Shown: piece by piece, positions 8,970 to 18,080 of the stretch
How positions within the stretch are numbered: position 1 is the first letter of the stretch
Layout of the letters: each line of letters opens with the position of its first letter
Assembly (NCBI GenBank): GCA_963699755.1
Contig: CAVOVB010000007.1
Span: 352,001-416,000 of the forward strand
Direction: 5' to 3'
Length of the DNA stretch: 64,000 nt
Source: an uncultured delta proteobacterium
Lineage (GTDB): Bacteria > Myxococcota_A > Polyangia > Polyangiales > Houyiibacteriaceae
The notes under the pieces: generated by a model
Told to the model about the DNA's origin: nothing
Database searches by the model: none
What the model saw: only the letters and a program-made list of their open reading frames with translations
Translations under genes and position numbers: made by a program

Positions 8970-9923
8970 TCAGAACCTCATGGCTGCGGAGACCCCGGCG
9001 CCCCTGAGCTCGAGCTGGGGCCGCGCCGTCTCGCGCTCGCGCTTCCGCTTGTTCTTGTGGGTCATGAAAAGGGTGAACGAAGTGATCGCGGACAGGGCGG
9101 CCAAACCGAATGAAACATCCGCAAAGACCGCAAGCCGCTCGCCGTTATTCGCGGTCTGCTGGCTGGGACTGGTTCTAAACTCTTGCTCTTTGTGCAGCGC
9201 CAAGACGCCGAGCACCGTACCCGTCACGAGGGCTCCGGCAGCGATGCAGCCGGTGGAAATCACAGCACGGCGCATGGTCTTGTCCTCTTTCTCGATCGCG
9301 AGCTGAGGCGCCAAGCTGGCCTCTTCGCTTGGCTCCATGAGCAAGACGTTCGCCGTGGCGGGAGTGAAGTCGAGCTCTTTCAGCTCGCCGTACCCAAGTT
9401 GGACCGTCTTCTCGCCGACCTGCTTCCCCTCGCTCACAAGGACGACGCTGTGCGCACCGGGCTCGACCTCGAGCTCGGCAGGCGTCTTCTTCGTGCTTGG
9501 TACGCCATCGAGCAGGATCGCCTGACCCGGCGTGTCCGAACGAACGAGCAGGACCGCAGGGCTCTGCAGGAGCGTAGCGATTCGTGCTTCGACCGAGGTG
9601 CGGTCGGGGGCGTTGGGCCGTTCGGCCAAATACTGCTCGAGCATCGCGACGGCGCCTGGCTCATCGCCACGCCGTTGCCGAGTATCGGCCACCCCCACTA
9701 GGACACTCGGCTCGCGTCCGAGGGCGTACGCACGGAGCCAAGCCCGTTCGGCACCGTCGTACCGCCTTTGTTCGAAGAGGCGTCGGCCGAGAGCATAGGC
9801 GTCCGCAGCGGTCGTCGTTGGGTTCGCCAGGAAGGTCGAAAGCTCCTCGCCCTGCTCGAGCGACTGCGCGCCGGCCCGTGCTGCGAAACCAAGAAAGAGC
9901 AGTGCGCAGAGCAGCACTCTCAC
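8970..9923 (-). CDS. TPR + PEGA domain protein
   Basis: Signal peptide, TPR helices (LEQYLAERPNAPDR), PEGA motif LVRSDTPGQAILLDG..KTPAELEVEPGAHSV, C-terminal hydrophobic segments. Confidence 0.8.
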   Translation of the reverse strand: MRVLLCALLFLGFAARAGAQSLEQGEELSTFLANPTTTAADAYALGRRLFEQRRYDGAERAWLRAYALGREPSVLVGVADTRQRRGDEPGAVAMLEQYLAERPNAPDRTSVEARIATLLQSPAVLLVRSDTPGQAILLDGVPSTKKTPAELEVEPGAHSVVLVSEGKQVGEKTVQLGYGELKELDFTPATANVLLMEPSEEASLAPQLAIEKEDKTMRRAVISTGCIAAGALVTGTVLGVLALHKEQEFRTSPSQQTANNGERLAVFADVSFGLAALSAITSFTLFMTHKNKRKRERETARPQLELRGAGVSAAMRF

Positions 9924-9928
9924 CGCGA

Positions 9929-10315
9929 CTAGACTCCCCCGGTGCCGCCTTGGCCGCCCGCACCTCCCAAGCCACCCATACCGCCCTGGCCGCCCGCACC
10001 TGCCAAGCCGCCCATACCGCCTTGGCCGCCCGCACCTGCCAAGCCCCCCGCACCACCCTGGCCGCCTGCCCCAGCCTGGCCGCCCGCGCCGCCCTCACCG
10101 GCGACGCCGCCGGCACCGCCCGTACCGCCGGCGCCGCTGTCACATTCAACCTGACAGGAGCCCTGCGTGAAGGCGCTGCCCTCGTGACAGCACTTGAGCG
10201 AGCCATTGCACTCGTCATCTTGAAAACAGGTCGTTCCCACATCGCCCGTGCAGGAAAGGGCGAGAAGGAGGAAGACCGGAGGAAGCCAGACCAAAGGTGA
10301 AGTGATTTTGCGCAT
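9929..10315 (-). CDS. Cys-rich lipoprotein with Gly-rich tail
   Basis: LLALSC lipobox, small multi-Cys domain, then (GGxGG)n to the C-terminus. Confidence 0.7.
   Translation of the reverse strand: MRKITSPLVWLPPVFLLLALSCTGDVGTTCFQDDECNGSLKCCHEGSAFTQGSCQVECDSGAGGTGGAGGVAGEGGAGGQAGAGGQGGAGGLAGAGGQGGMGGLAGAGGQGGMGGLGGAGGQGGTGGV
9946..10060. repeat. 36-bp coding tandem repeat (about 3 copies, GGMGGLAGAGGQ)
   Basis: CGCCYTGGCCGCCCGCACCTSCCAAGCC.. recurs at 36-nt period. Confidence 0.8.
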
Positions 10316-10402
10316 CAACCGAGCGAGCATAGCTCAGAGGCCTTCTGGGGGCCACGCTCCCGGCTCGATCGATGGCGGCCCCCCGCTACACTCCGGCCCC
10401 TC

Positions 10403-11341
10403 ATGCCAAGCTCCGACAATCATGCCCCTGCGGCGCGCGCGGGCCGATGTGCCATCGTCGGGCGGCCCAACGTCGGCAAGTCCACGCTGCTCAACGCGAT
10501 CCTCGGGCAGAAGCTCGTGATCGCGACGCCTCGGCCGGGGACGACGCGCTCCTGTGTCTTGGGCGTGTACGCATCGAATGATCCGCCTACGCAGGTCGCC
10601 TTCGTGGACACGCCCGGGCTCGAGCGGCCCAAGGGTGCCCTCGGGCGCGTGCTGATCGACAGCGCAAGGCAGGGGCTCGTAGACTGCGATGCGGTCGTTT
10701 TCGTCACCGAAGCGCCCAAGGCAGGCGAGCCGCTTGCGGTTCACGAAAAGGACCGCTCCGCCTTGAAGGCACTCGAGGCCTCGGACGTGCCGGTGATCCT
10801 CGCGATCAACAAGGTAGACCGGCTCAAAGTGAAAGAGAGGCTCTTTGGGTTCATCGAGGCGTATCGGAACACCCGTCCATTCGCGGCGGTGGTGCCGATC
10901 TCGGCGACTCGGGGCACCAATCTCGACGCGCTGCTTGGCGAGATCCGCGAGACCTTGCCCGAAGGGCTTCTCTACGACGCTGATTTTCTGACCGATAGGC
11001 CCGAGCGCTTCTTCGTGAGCGAGCTCGTTCGCGAGGCGGCGATGCTCAACACGCGGCAGGAAGTCCCGTATGGAATCGCTTGCGATCTCGAGAGCTATCG
11101 GGAGGAGGGCGCACTGCTTCGGATCGAAGGCGTGCTCATCGTGGAAAAGGCAAGCCACAAGGCCATCGTGATCGGAAGTCGAGGCGAGACGATCAAAAAG
11201 ATCAGCACCGAAGCGCGCCAGCAGATCGAAGCGTTCTTGGAGCGGAAGGTGTATCTGCGTTTGTGGGTGAAGGTTGTCCCGGGATGGACCCGCGACCCGA
11301 CCAAGGTCCGCGAGCTCGCAATCGAAGAGGGTCCGTCATGA
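10403..11341 (+). CDS. era: GTPase Era
   Basis: GRPNVGKSTLLN, DTPG, NKVD, KH-domain IVIGSRGETIKKI, YLRLWVKV. Confidence 0.96.
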   Translation: MPSSDNHAPAARAGRCAIVGRPNVGKSTLLNAILGQKLVIATPRPGTTRSCVLGVYASNDPPTQVAFVDTPGLERPKGALGRVLIDSARQGLVDCDAVVFVTEAPKAGEPLAVHEKDRSALKALEASDVPVILAINKVDRLKVKERLFGFIEAYRNTRPFAAVVPISATRGTNLDALLGEIRETLPEGLLYDADFLTDRPERFFVSELVREAAMLNTRQEVPYGIACDLESYREEGALLRIEGVLIVEKASHKAIVIGSRGETIKKISTEARQQIEAFLERKVYLRLWVKVVPGWTRDPTKVRELAIEEGPS

Positions 11342-12714
11342 GCGGGCGACGGCGCGACCAGGCCCGGAGACCGGCCGGCTCGATCGTCAACAAGCCCCTA
11401 GTGGCCATCGTCGGCCGTCCCAACGTGGGCAAGAGCACGCTCTTCAATCGCTTGGCCGGACAGCAGATCGCCATCGTCGAGGATATTCCAGGGGTGACGC
11501 GGGACCGTCACTACGCCGACGCTTTTGCATTTGGTCGCGAGTTTGTTCTAATCGACACCGGTGGCTTCGACCCGGAGAGCGACGATCCGATGAAGGCCGG
11601 TATCACCAGCCAGGTTCGACTGGCGCTCGAAGAGTGCGACGTCGTCGTCTGCGTGGTGGATGCAAGCGTTGACCCACTTCCCGCGGACCGCGAAGCGGTC
11701 GCGCTCCTCCGTGACGCGGGCAAGCCCGTAATCTTCGTAGCCAACAAGGCAGACTCACAGGCGAGGGAGCACTACGCGGTGTCGTACTACGAGCTCGGCA
11801 TCGACTCAATCATGCCGATCTCCGCGCTTCACGGGCGAGGCATCGGCGACTTGGAAGAGGCCATCTTTCATCGGCTTCCCGAGGTGTTGGAGGTGACCGA
11901 GCCAGAGCTAGACGTCCCGCGCGTCGCGATCATCGGCCGGCCAAACGCCGGAAAGTCTTCCTTGGTGAATCAGCTCTGCGGACAGGAGCGTCAGCTGGTC
12001 GACGATCGGCCCGGGACCACCGTCGACAGCATCGACACGCTCGTCGAGCGCGACGGAAACAGCTTGATCTTGATCGACACGGCCGGGATTCGCCGAAAGC
12101 GAAGCGTGAAGAAGCGCGGCATCGAAGGCTTGAGCGTCCTGCAAGCGATCAGGTCGATCGAACGCAGCCACCTGGTGGTGCTCGTGATCGACGCGGAAGG
12201 CGGCGTCGGTGAGCAGGACGCGAAGATAGCCGGCCTCGCACATGACAGGGGGCGCGCGTTGGTCATCGCGCTCAACAAGACGGACCTCCTCAATCGCGAC
12301 GCTCAGAAGAAGGCGATGGATCGAACCCGCGAGGTGCTGGCGTTCGTACCGTGGGCGCCGATGGTGACGATCAGCGCGCTCGAGGGACGGGGGATCAACG
12401 CGCTGCTAGGCCGCGTCGATGATGCGGTCGCCGAGCATCGAAAGCGAATCGGCACCGGCGAGCTCAATCGCTTTTTCGAGGAAGTGCTCGAGAAGCACCC
12501 TCCCCCGACGATGCACCACCGCTCCGTTCGACTTTACTACATCACCCAGGCGAGCGTCGCGCCACCTACATTCGTGATCATGACGAACTCGCCGAAGGAC
12601 GTGCACTTCAGCTATCAGCGCTACGTGGTCAATCAGATCCGCAAGCGCTTCGGCTTCAAGGGAACCCCGATCCGCGTCCGGTACCGCGGCAAGAAGAGCC
12701 GGAAAGAGAAATAG
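11338..12714 (+). CDS. der: Ribosome biogenesis GTPase Der (EngA)
   Basis: Two G domains (GRPNVGKSTLFN; GRPNAGKSSLVN, DTAGIRR) and C-terminal FGFKGTPIR; ATG overlaps the era stop. Confidence 0.96.
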   Translation: MSGRRRDQARRPAGSIVNKPLVAIVGRPNVGKSTLFNRLAGQQIAIVEDIPGVTRDRHYADAFAFGREFVLIDTGGFDPESDDPMKAGITSQVRLALEECDVVVCVVDASVDPLPADREAVALLRDAGKPVIFVANKADSQAREHYAVSYYELGIDSIMPISALHGRGIGDLEEAIFHRLPEVLEVTEPELDVPRVAIIGRPNAGKSSLVNQLCGQERQLVDDRPGTTVDSIDTLVERDGNSLILIDTAGIRRKRSVKKRGIEGLSVLQAIRSIERSHLVVLVIDAEGGVGEQDAKIAGLAHDRGRALVIALNKTDLLNRDAQKKAMDRTREVLAFVPWAPMVTISALEGRGINALLGRVDDAVAEHRKRIGTGELNRFFEEVLEKHPPPTMHHRSVRLYYITQASVAPPTFVIMTNSPKDVHFSYQRYVVNQIRKRFGFKGTPIRVRYRGKKSRKEK

Positions 12715-13794
12715 CTAGGCGCGCAGCGTTTTGAGAGACCGGCGCTCTTCACGCGCAGCGGGATTGCCGAGCTGGCCGCAGGCAGCCATGACGCTGCGGC
12801 CTTTGGTCACTCGCTCACGCACGGGCAAGCCCTCGGCGCGGAGCCAGCCAATGAAGCGCTCGACCTCTGCGTCTTCTGGCGCGCGTGTGAGCGGCTTCGA
12901 GCCTGGATTGTAAGGAATGAGGTTGACCAGAACTCGATCCAGGGGCTTGCAGAACGCCGCGACGTCACGGGCGTCGGCCTCGCCGTCGTTGATACCCGGT
13001 AGCAGGCAATAGTTCACGCCGAGGGCGAAGTTGCGGCGCGGCCGGTACGCGGTGAGAGCTTTCTGGAGCTCTGCGAGATCGGTTCTGCGATTGATCGGCA
13101 TCAGCTCGTTTCGAAGAGAATCCCGTGCAGCGTTCAAGCTGATCGAGAGGTTGAGCCGCTTGAACCCGAGCTGGTCGAGCATACGAATTCCTTCGACATG
13201 GCCGACCGTGCAAATCGTCAGACGCTCTTGACCGATTGCCAGGCCCGCCTCGTCGTTCAAGACCCGCAAGGCCTGGAGCACGTTCTCCGGATTGTCGAGC
13301 GCCTCGCCCATCCCCATGAAGACGATGTTGCGAATCCGCCAGCCGAGCTGATGCCTTGCGACGAGCAACTGTGCGATGATCTCTTCGGTTCGGAGTTGGC
13401 GGAGCAAGCCCATCCGCCCGGTCTCACAAAACCCACAGCCCATCTTGCAGCCGACCTGACTCGAGATACACAAAGTGTATCGGCCGCGTCCCATCGGGAT
13501 GCGCACCGACTCGACTTCGAGCCCATCCTGGAGTCGCAAGACCATCTTCGAGGTTGCGCCGTAATCACCTTCGTCGGATTGGACGGATACGAGCGCGGGG
13601 AGCTCGAACGAAAACTCCGAACGCCAGGCCCGGGCGGCCTCGGTGCCGAGCCCGAAGCATTCCGGCTCAAAACGGCCCTCGTGCATCACCTGCCGATGGA
13701 TCCGCCGAGCCACTCCATGACCACGAGCGAGCACAGCCTTCGCGCGTTCGGCCAAGTCTGCGTTGCTGAGGCCGTGAATGGCTTGCCGGGTCAT
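12715..13794 (-). CDS. rlmN: RlmN/Cfr-family radical SAM RNA methyltransferase
   Basis: CISSQVGCKMGCGFC, NIVFMGMGE, VNLIPYN, AACGQL. Confidence 0.85.
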   Translation of the reverse strand: MTRQAIHGLSNADLAERAKAVLARGHGVARRIHRQVMHEGRFEPECFGLGTEAARAWRSEFSFELPALVSVQSDEGDYGATSKMVLRLQDGLEVESVRIPMGRGRYTLCISSQVGCKMGCGFCETGRMGLLRQLRTEEIIAQLLVARHQLGWRIRNIVFMGMGEALDNPENVLQALRVLNDEAGLAIGQERLTICTVGHVEGIRMLDQLGFKRLNLSISLNAARDSLRNELMPINRRTDLAELQKALTAYRPRRNFALGVNYCLLPGINDGEADARDVAAFCKPLDRVLVNLIPYNPGSKPLTRAPEDAEVERFIGWLRAEGLPVRERVTKGRSVMAACGQLGNPAAREERRSLKTLRA

Positions 13795-13795
13795 C

Positions 13796-14233
13796 TCATT
13801 CTTGGACTAGAAGAAAGTGCGCAGTGGCTACGGCGACCGGGCGCTTCGGGTCCTGCTGATACGCGAATACGCGGACGTTGGCGACGCGCCTCCCGCGACG
13901 CGTAAACTCTGCTCGAGCGAACACATCCTCCGGACGCGCGCCCCGGAGGTACTCGACGGTGATGTTGATCGTCTTTGGGACTGTGGTCGTTTCTCCGTGC
14001 CAGAGCAATTTGAAGATCGCGGTTGACTCCATTAGCGCGCCCAGCGTGCCGCCGTGAAGCGCGGGCACGTTCGCATTGCCGATGAGGTGGCCCGAATAGC
14101 GCATTCGGCCAATGACATCGCCGTCCACCAGCTCGCCGCTGATGCCCATGAACCGAGCGTAGGGGATCGCATCGTTGAGCGGCCCGAAGTCGCCGGTGTC
14201 GCGAACGGCGATGACGGCATCACGAAGCCTCAT
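13796..14233 (-). CDS. PaaI-family hotdog thioesterase
   Basis: LIGNANVPALHGGTLGALME; translationally coupled to the upstream paralogue. Confidence 0.85.
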   Translation of the reverse strand: MRLRDAVIAVRDTGDFGPLNDAIPYARFMGISGELVDGDVIGRMRYSGHLIGNANVPALHGGTLGALMESTAIFKLLWHGETTTVPKTINITVEYLRGARPEDVFARAEFTRRGRRVANVRVFAYQQDPKRPVAVATAHFLLVQE

Positions 14234-14709
14234 TCGGCTCCCCCGTCCTCGCTCCGTCGTCCTTCGTCTGGGAAAATGACGAATGTACCCGAGGCCGTTG
14301 CAATGGGGTTTGCCCGGTCGCCGTGGTGCGCCTTCGCGCGGACGAACGCGACGTGCCGGGTGACTTTGTAGCAATGGGCGCTGCAAATGACCTCTTGGTG
14401 TGGCAGCGCCGGCCGGACGTAGTCGATTCGAAGATCGAGGGTTGCGATGCGCCTGGGTGCGACCAAAGACATGATGACGGCGCCGCCGCAGGTCGCGTCG
14501 ATCAAGCTGGTGATGCAGCCTCCGTGCAGGACGCCGGTCTCGGGATTGCCCACGAGGTCGTCTCGATACGGAAGGGCGAGCGAAAGATGCTCTGGCCTGT
14601 AATCGACGACTCGAAGATTCAAGGCCTGATTGTGAGGGACTGCGCCGACATAGCGCCCCTCGAGACGCCGCCTGATTTCATCCTTCTGCGGAAGGAAGGA
14701 GTCGGTCAT
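14230..14709 (-). CDS. PaaI-family hotdog thioesterase
   Basis: LVGNPETGVLHGGCITSLID, IATLDLRIDYVRPA. Confidence 0.9.
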   Translation of the reverse strand: MTDSFLPQKDEIRRRLEGRYVGAVPHNQALNLRVVDYRPEHLSLALPYRDDLVGNPETGVLHGGCITSLIDATCGGAVIMSLVAPRRIATLDLRIDYVRPALPHQEVICSAHCYKVTRHVAFVRAKAHHGDRANPIATASGTFVIFPDEGRRSEDGGAE

Positions 14710-14753
14710 GGGTGACCCTAGCAGCCCTAGGCCACTTGGCTCAAGGTGCGACG

Positions 14754-15167
14754 CTAGACTCGGGGTGGAGGTGGCGGTGTGAGCTGCTCGCTCAGCCAGC
14801 CGTCGGAGGATACGAACTCCACGCCACTCATGGCCTTGGAAGCCAAAAGATCGGGGTGATCGGTGAGGACCCTCGCCACCCCAGCGGCCTTTGCGAGAGC
14901 GACGAGGGCATCGCTCCAGTCTTCGATGAAGAACTGGTCGGTTTCGACGATGTCGACGAGCTCTAGGATGATCTTCATCTGTGTTGCAACCGCGTCATCT
15001 TTGAATTCCGGAAGCGCATGCAGCATCGACTCGACGCGCTCCAAGACCCACGCCGAGGCTTTTGGCTTACCGGAACCCGCGAAGGCGCGACGGACCGCCC
15101 GCTCGGGCGGAGAGCCAAGCGCGATTGAGGCGTTTACATAGATGTCGGGGGCCAGAACCACGTCCAT
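14754..15167 (-). CDS. PIN-domain-like protein (degenerate)
   Basis: MDVVLAPDIYVNA and DALVALAKAAGVARVLTDHPDLL match the PIN_3 layout with altered acidic residues. Confidence 0.55.
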   Translation of the reverse strand: MDVVLAPDIYVNASIALGSPPERAVRRAFAGSGKPKASAWVLERVESMLHALPEFKDDAVATQMKIILELVDIVETDQFFIEDWSDALVALAKAAGVARVLTDHPDLLASKAMSGVEFVSSDGWLSEQLTPPPPPRV

Positions 15168-15230
15168 ATGAAAAGCCTAGCACGCCGCATGGAGGCTTGA
15201 CATCGTTCTGACCGGCGGTAGTCGTCGTGG

Positions 15231-16250
15231 ATGAAGGCAGTCTGGATTCCAATGTACGGAACGCCCGATGTTCTCGACCTTCGTGAGAGCGAAGATCCAA
15301 ACCCCGGCCCGGGCGAGGTTAGAATTCGTGTACGCGCGTCCGGAATCAACTTTGCGGACATCATGGCCCGGCAAGGTCTCTATCAGGACGCACCTCCGCC
15401 CCCGATGGTCGTCGGATACGAGGTATCGGGCATCATTGATGGCGTGGGTGAAGGCGTCAACAATAGACAGGAAGGTCAGCGAGTTCTGGCGATGACCCGG
15501 TTCGGTGGCTACGCGGACGAGGTCTGTGTCGACGCGACGCACGCTTTCCCGATGCCGGAGAACATGAGCTTCGAAGAGGGCGCTGCACTTCCCGTCACGT
15601 ACCTGACTGCGTATCAGATGCTCTTCAATGTGTTTCGCGTGAGAGCAGGGGATCACGTTTTGATCCACCAAGCCGCAGGCGGCGTGGGGACGGCAGCGAG
15701 TCAGCTCTGTCGATCGGTCGGCGGCGTCACGACCTACGGCACCGCATCGAAGGCCAAGCACGACTATGTGCGGGACAACGGTTGCGACCACGCGATCGAC
15801 TACCACACGAGCGACTACGCGAACGAGATTCGCCGGCTGACCAATGGCCGCGGAGTCGACTGCGTGCTCGACGCGCTTGGTGGCGCCGACTGGAAAAAGG
15901 GGTACTCCCTGCTTCGGCCTGGCGGGCTTCTCATTCCGTTTGGCTGGGCGAACATGGCCAAGTCCGGCAAGCGCCGAATGAGCCACGTGGTCAGCCAGCT
16001 CACACGCCTTCCCTGGTGGACGCCCATCCGACTGATGCACGAAAACAAGGGCGTCGCCGGCGTCAACATGGGACGTCTTTGGGGTGAGCACGAGCTACTC
16101 GCCGAGGCGCTTGGCGCCCTGATGAGGCTGTACGATCGAGGCTTGATCAAGCCACATGTCGATCGCTCCTTTGCCTTCGAGGATGCTGCCGAGGCGCATG
16201 CCTATATCGAAGCTGGCCAAAACAAAGGGAAGGTCCTACTGACGCCATAG
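15231..16250 (+). CDS. Medium-chain dehydrogenase/reductase, VAT-1-like quinone oxidoreductase
   Basis: GINFADIMARQGLY, VLIHQAAGGVG, GQNKGKVLL. Confidence 0.9.
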   Translation: MKAVWIPMYGTPDVLDLRESEDPNPGPGEVRIRVRASGINFADIMARQGLYQDAPPPPMVVGYEVSGIIDGVGEGVNNRQEGQRVLAMTRFGGYADEVCVDATHAFPMPENMSFEEGAALPVTYLTAYQMLFNVFRVRAGDHVLIHQAAGGVGTAASQLCRSVGGVTTYGTASKAKHDYVRDNGCDHAIDYHTSDYANEIRRLTNGRGVDCVLDALGGADWKKGYSLLRPGGLLIPFGWANMAKSGKRRMSHVVSQLTRLPWWTPIRLMHENKGVAGVNMGRLWGEHELLAEALGALMRLYDRGLIKPHVDRSFAFEDAAEAHAYIEAGQNKGKVLLTP

Positions 16251-16252
16251 TC

Positions 16253-16735
16253 ATGCCTGTTCGTGTCTGCTTCGTTTGCCTTGGGAACATTTGCCGCTCT
16301 CCGACCGCGGAGGCGACCCTGCGTCGGCTCGTCGTCCACGAGCGGCTCGACGCCGAAATCGAGGTCGACAGCGCGGGAACGGGGGACTGGCACGTCGGGG
16401 AGCCTCCCGACCAACGCGCAAGGGCTGCCGCGAAACGCCGTGGTGTGGAGCTTGCTGGACGGGCGCGCGCCGTGGTCGCGAGTGATTTCGAGCGCTTCGA
16501 CTACGTGATCGCAATGGATCGGGTGAATGCACGTGATCTATCGCGGAAGGCACCCAACGATGCGGCGCGGGCGAAAGTCTTTCTTTTCCGAGATTTCGAT
16601 CCGCACTCGCCTAGCGGCGCCGACGTGCCCGACCCGTACTTCGGAGAAGGCGACGGCTTCGAAACCGTGCTCGACCTGTGCGAAGCGGCCTCCCGCGGCC
16701 TCTTGCGGCACATTCGAGAGAATCATCGTCTATGA
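16253..16735 (+). CDS. Low molecular weight protein-tyrosine phosphatase
   Basis: VCLGNICRSP P-loop, DSAGTGDWHVG, VPDPYF. Confidence 0.95.
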   Translation: MPVRVCFVCLGNICRSPTAEATLRRLVVHERLDAEIEVDSAGTGDWHVGEPPDQRARAAAKRRGVELAGRARAVVASDFERFDYVIAMDRVNARDLSRKAPNDAARAKVFLFRDFDPHSPSGADVPDPYFGEGDGFETVLDLCEAASRGLLRHIRENHRL

Positions 16736-17592
16736 CCCCTGAGCTCCGCGCCGTCCTCGAACAGCGTCTCGGAAAGCCGGTACGCGGGGTCAAGCGCCTC
16801 GGCGGCGGCGACATCAACGATGCATTCGAGCTTGCCCTCGGCGATGGAACTTCGGTCTTCGTCAAGACCCACCCGAACCCTCCTGGCGGTATGTTCGAAG
16901 CAGAGGCGCGCGGCCTTCGGTGGCTCGAGGAAGCGGAAGCGATTCGGGTTCCTCTGGTCATTGCTGCATCGGATGGACGGCCGGCTTTCCTGGCCCTAGA
17001 GCTGCTGGCGCCCGCAAAGCGCCGTGCGGATTTTGACGAAGCCCTGGGTCGATCGCTCGCTGCTCTGCACGCATTTGGCGCTCCATCATTCGGGCTCGAC
17101 CACCACAACTTCATCGGTCGACTCGCACAGTTGAACACGGTCACCGACGATTGGGCATCGTTTTACTGGACGTCTCGACTAGAGCCACAACTTCGGCTTG
17201 CCGCAGACCGCGGCCTGGTCGATACCGCGATGCGTAGGAGCTTTGAGGCTCTCGAGCGTGCTCTCCCAGAGCGCGTGGGGCCCCAAGAGCCACCTTCGCG
17301 CCTGCACGGCGACCTCTGGGCAGGAAACCTGCACGTCGATGAAGAGGGCGAAGCTGTCCTGATCGACCCTGCAGTGTACGGCGGCCATCGCGAGGTCGAT
17401 CTCGCGATGATGCGTTTGTTCGGTGGTTTCGGCGAACGCGTCTTCGCCGCGTATCGGGAAGCATGGCCGCTGGCGCCGGGCGCGGCCGAACGGGTTTCTC
17501 TCTACCAGCTCTACCCGCTTCTCGTGCACGTCAACCTGTTTGGCGGGTCCTACATCGGTTCAGTCGAGCGCGCTCTAGCAGACTGCGTCTGA
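16732..17592 (+). CDS. Fructosamine-3-kinase family protein
   Basis: GGGDIN, FEAEARGL, LHGDLWAGN, IDPAVYGGHREVDLAM, LYQLYPLLVHVNLFG. Confidence 0.95.
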   Translation: MTPELRAVLEQRLGKPVRGVKRLGGGDINDAFELALGDGTSVFVKTHPNPPGGMFEAEARGLRWLEEAEAIRVPLVIAASDGRPAFLALELLAPAKRRADFDEALGRSLAALHAFGAPSFGLDHHNFIGRLAQLNTVTDDWASFYWTSRLEPQLRLAADRGLVDTAMRRSFEALERALPERVGPQEPPSRLHGDLWAGNLHVDEEGEAVLIDPAVYGGHREVDLAMMRLFGGFGERVFAAYREAWPLAPGAAERVSLYQLYPLLVHVNLFGGSYIGSVERALADCV

Positions 17593-17651
17593 GCCGGGCC
17601 GGGGCGATCGCAGTTCTTGACACCTCGGAGCTCGGAGCACAGATACCGGTG

Positions 17652-18080
17652 ATGGATCGCTCGGAAGCAGATGCGCAGATCGCTCGCGAACGCCACGCGC
17701 TGCTCTTGGTCGATCATGGAAGTCGACGCGTCCAGGCCAACGTCCTGCTCGATGAAGTTGCAGCACTGGTCAAGAGTCGACTCGGCGCCGGAACCATCGT
17801 GGAGGCAGCGCACATGGAGCTTGCAGAACCGACGATCGCCAATGGCTTCGCTCGCTGCGTGGAGCAAGGTGCGACGAAGGTGGTGGTGCATCCATTCATG
17901 CTAGCGCCAGGACGACACGCGACCGAGGACCTTCCGCGTCTCGTCGCCGAAGCCGCGGCCCGGCACCAGGGTGTGAGCTTCGCGATGGCGGGCCCACTCG
18001 GCAGTCATGCCGGCGTCATCGACGCGGTGATCGAACGCTGCCAATCGGTGCTTTCCCAGGCCGAGCCTTCGGAACGCTAG
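17652..18080 (+). CDS. CbiX/SirB-type chelatase, short form
   Basis: LLVDHGSR, AHMELAEPTI, HPFMLAPGRHATEDLP, PLGSH. Confidence 0.85.
   Translation: MDRSEADAQIARERHALLLVDHGSRRVQANVLLDEVAALVKSRLGAGTIVEAAHMELAEPTIANGFARCVEQGATKVVVHPFMLAPGRHATEDLPRLVAEAAARHQGVSFAMAGPLGSHAGVIDAVIERCQSVLSQAEPSER

Noticed and set aside
9936..10135. Regular repeats as a possible CRISPR array (also 44005-44112 and the Gly-rich stretch near 52510-52740)
   Set aside because: In-frame low-complexity coding repeats without unique spacers; no cas genes
17652..18080. Cobalamin or siroheme biosynthesis cluster around the CbiX-like gene
   Set aside because: No other tetrapyrrole genes nearby; solitary short chelatases are common
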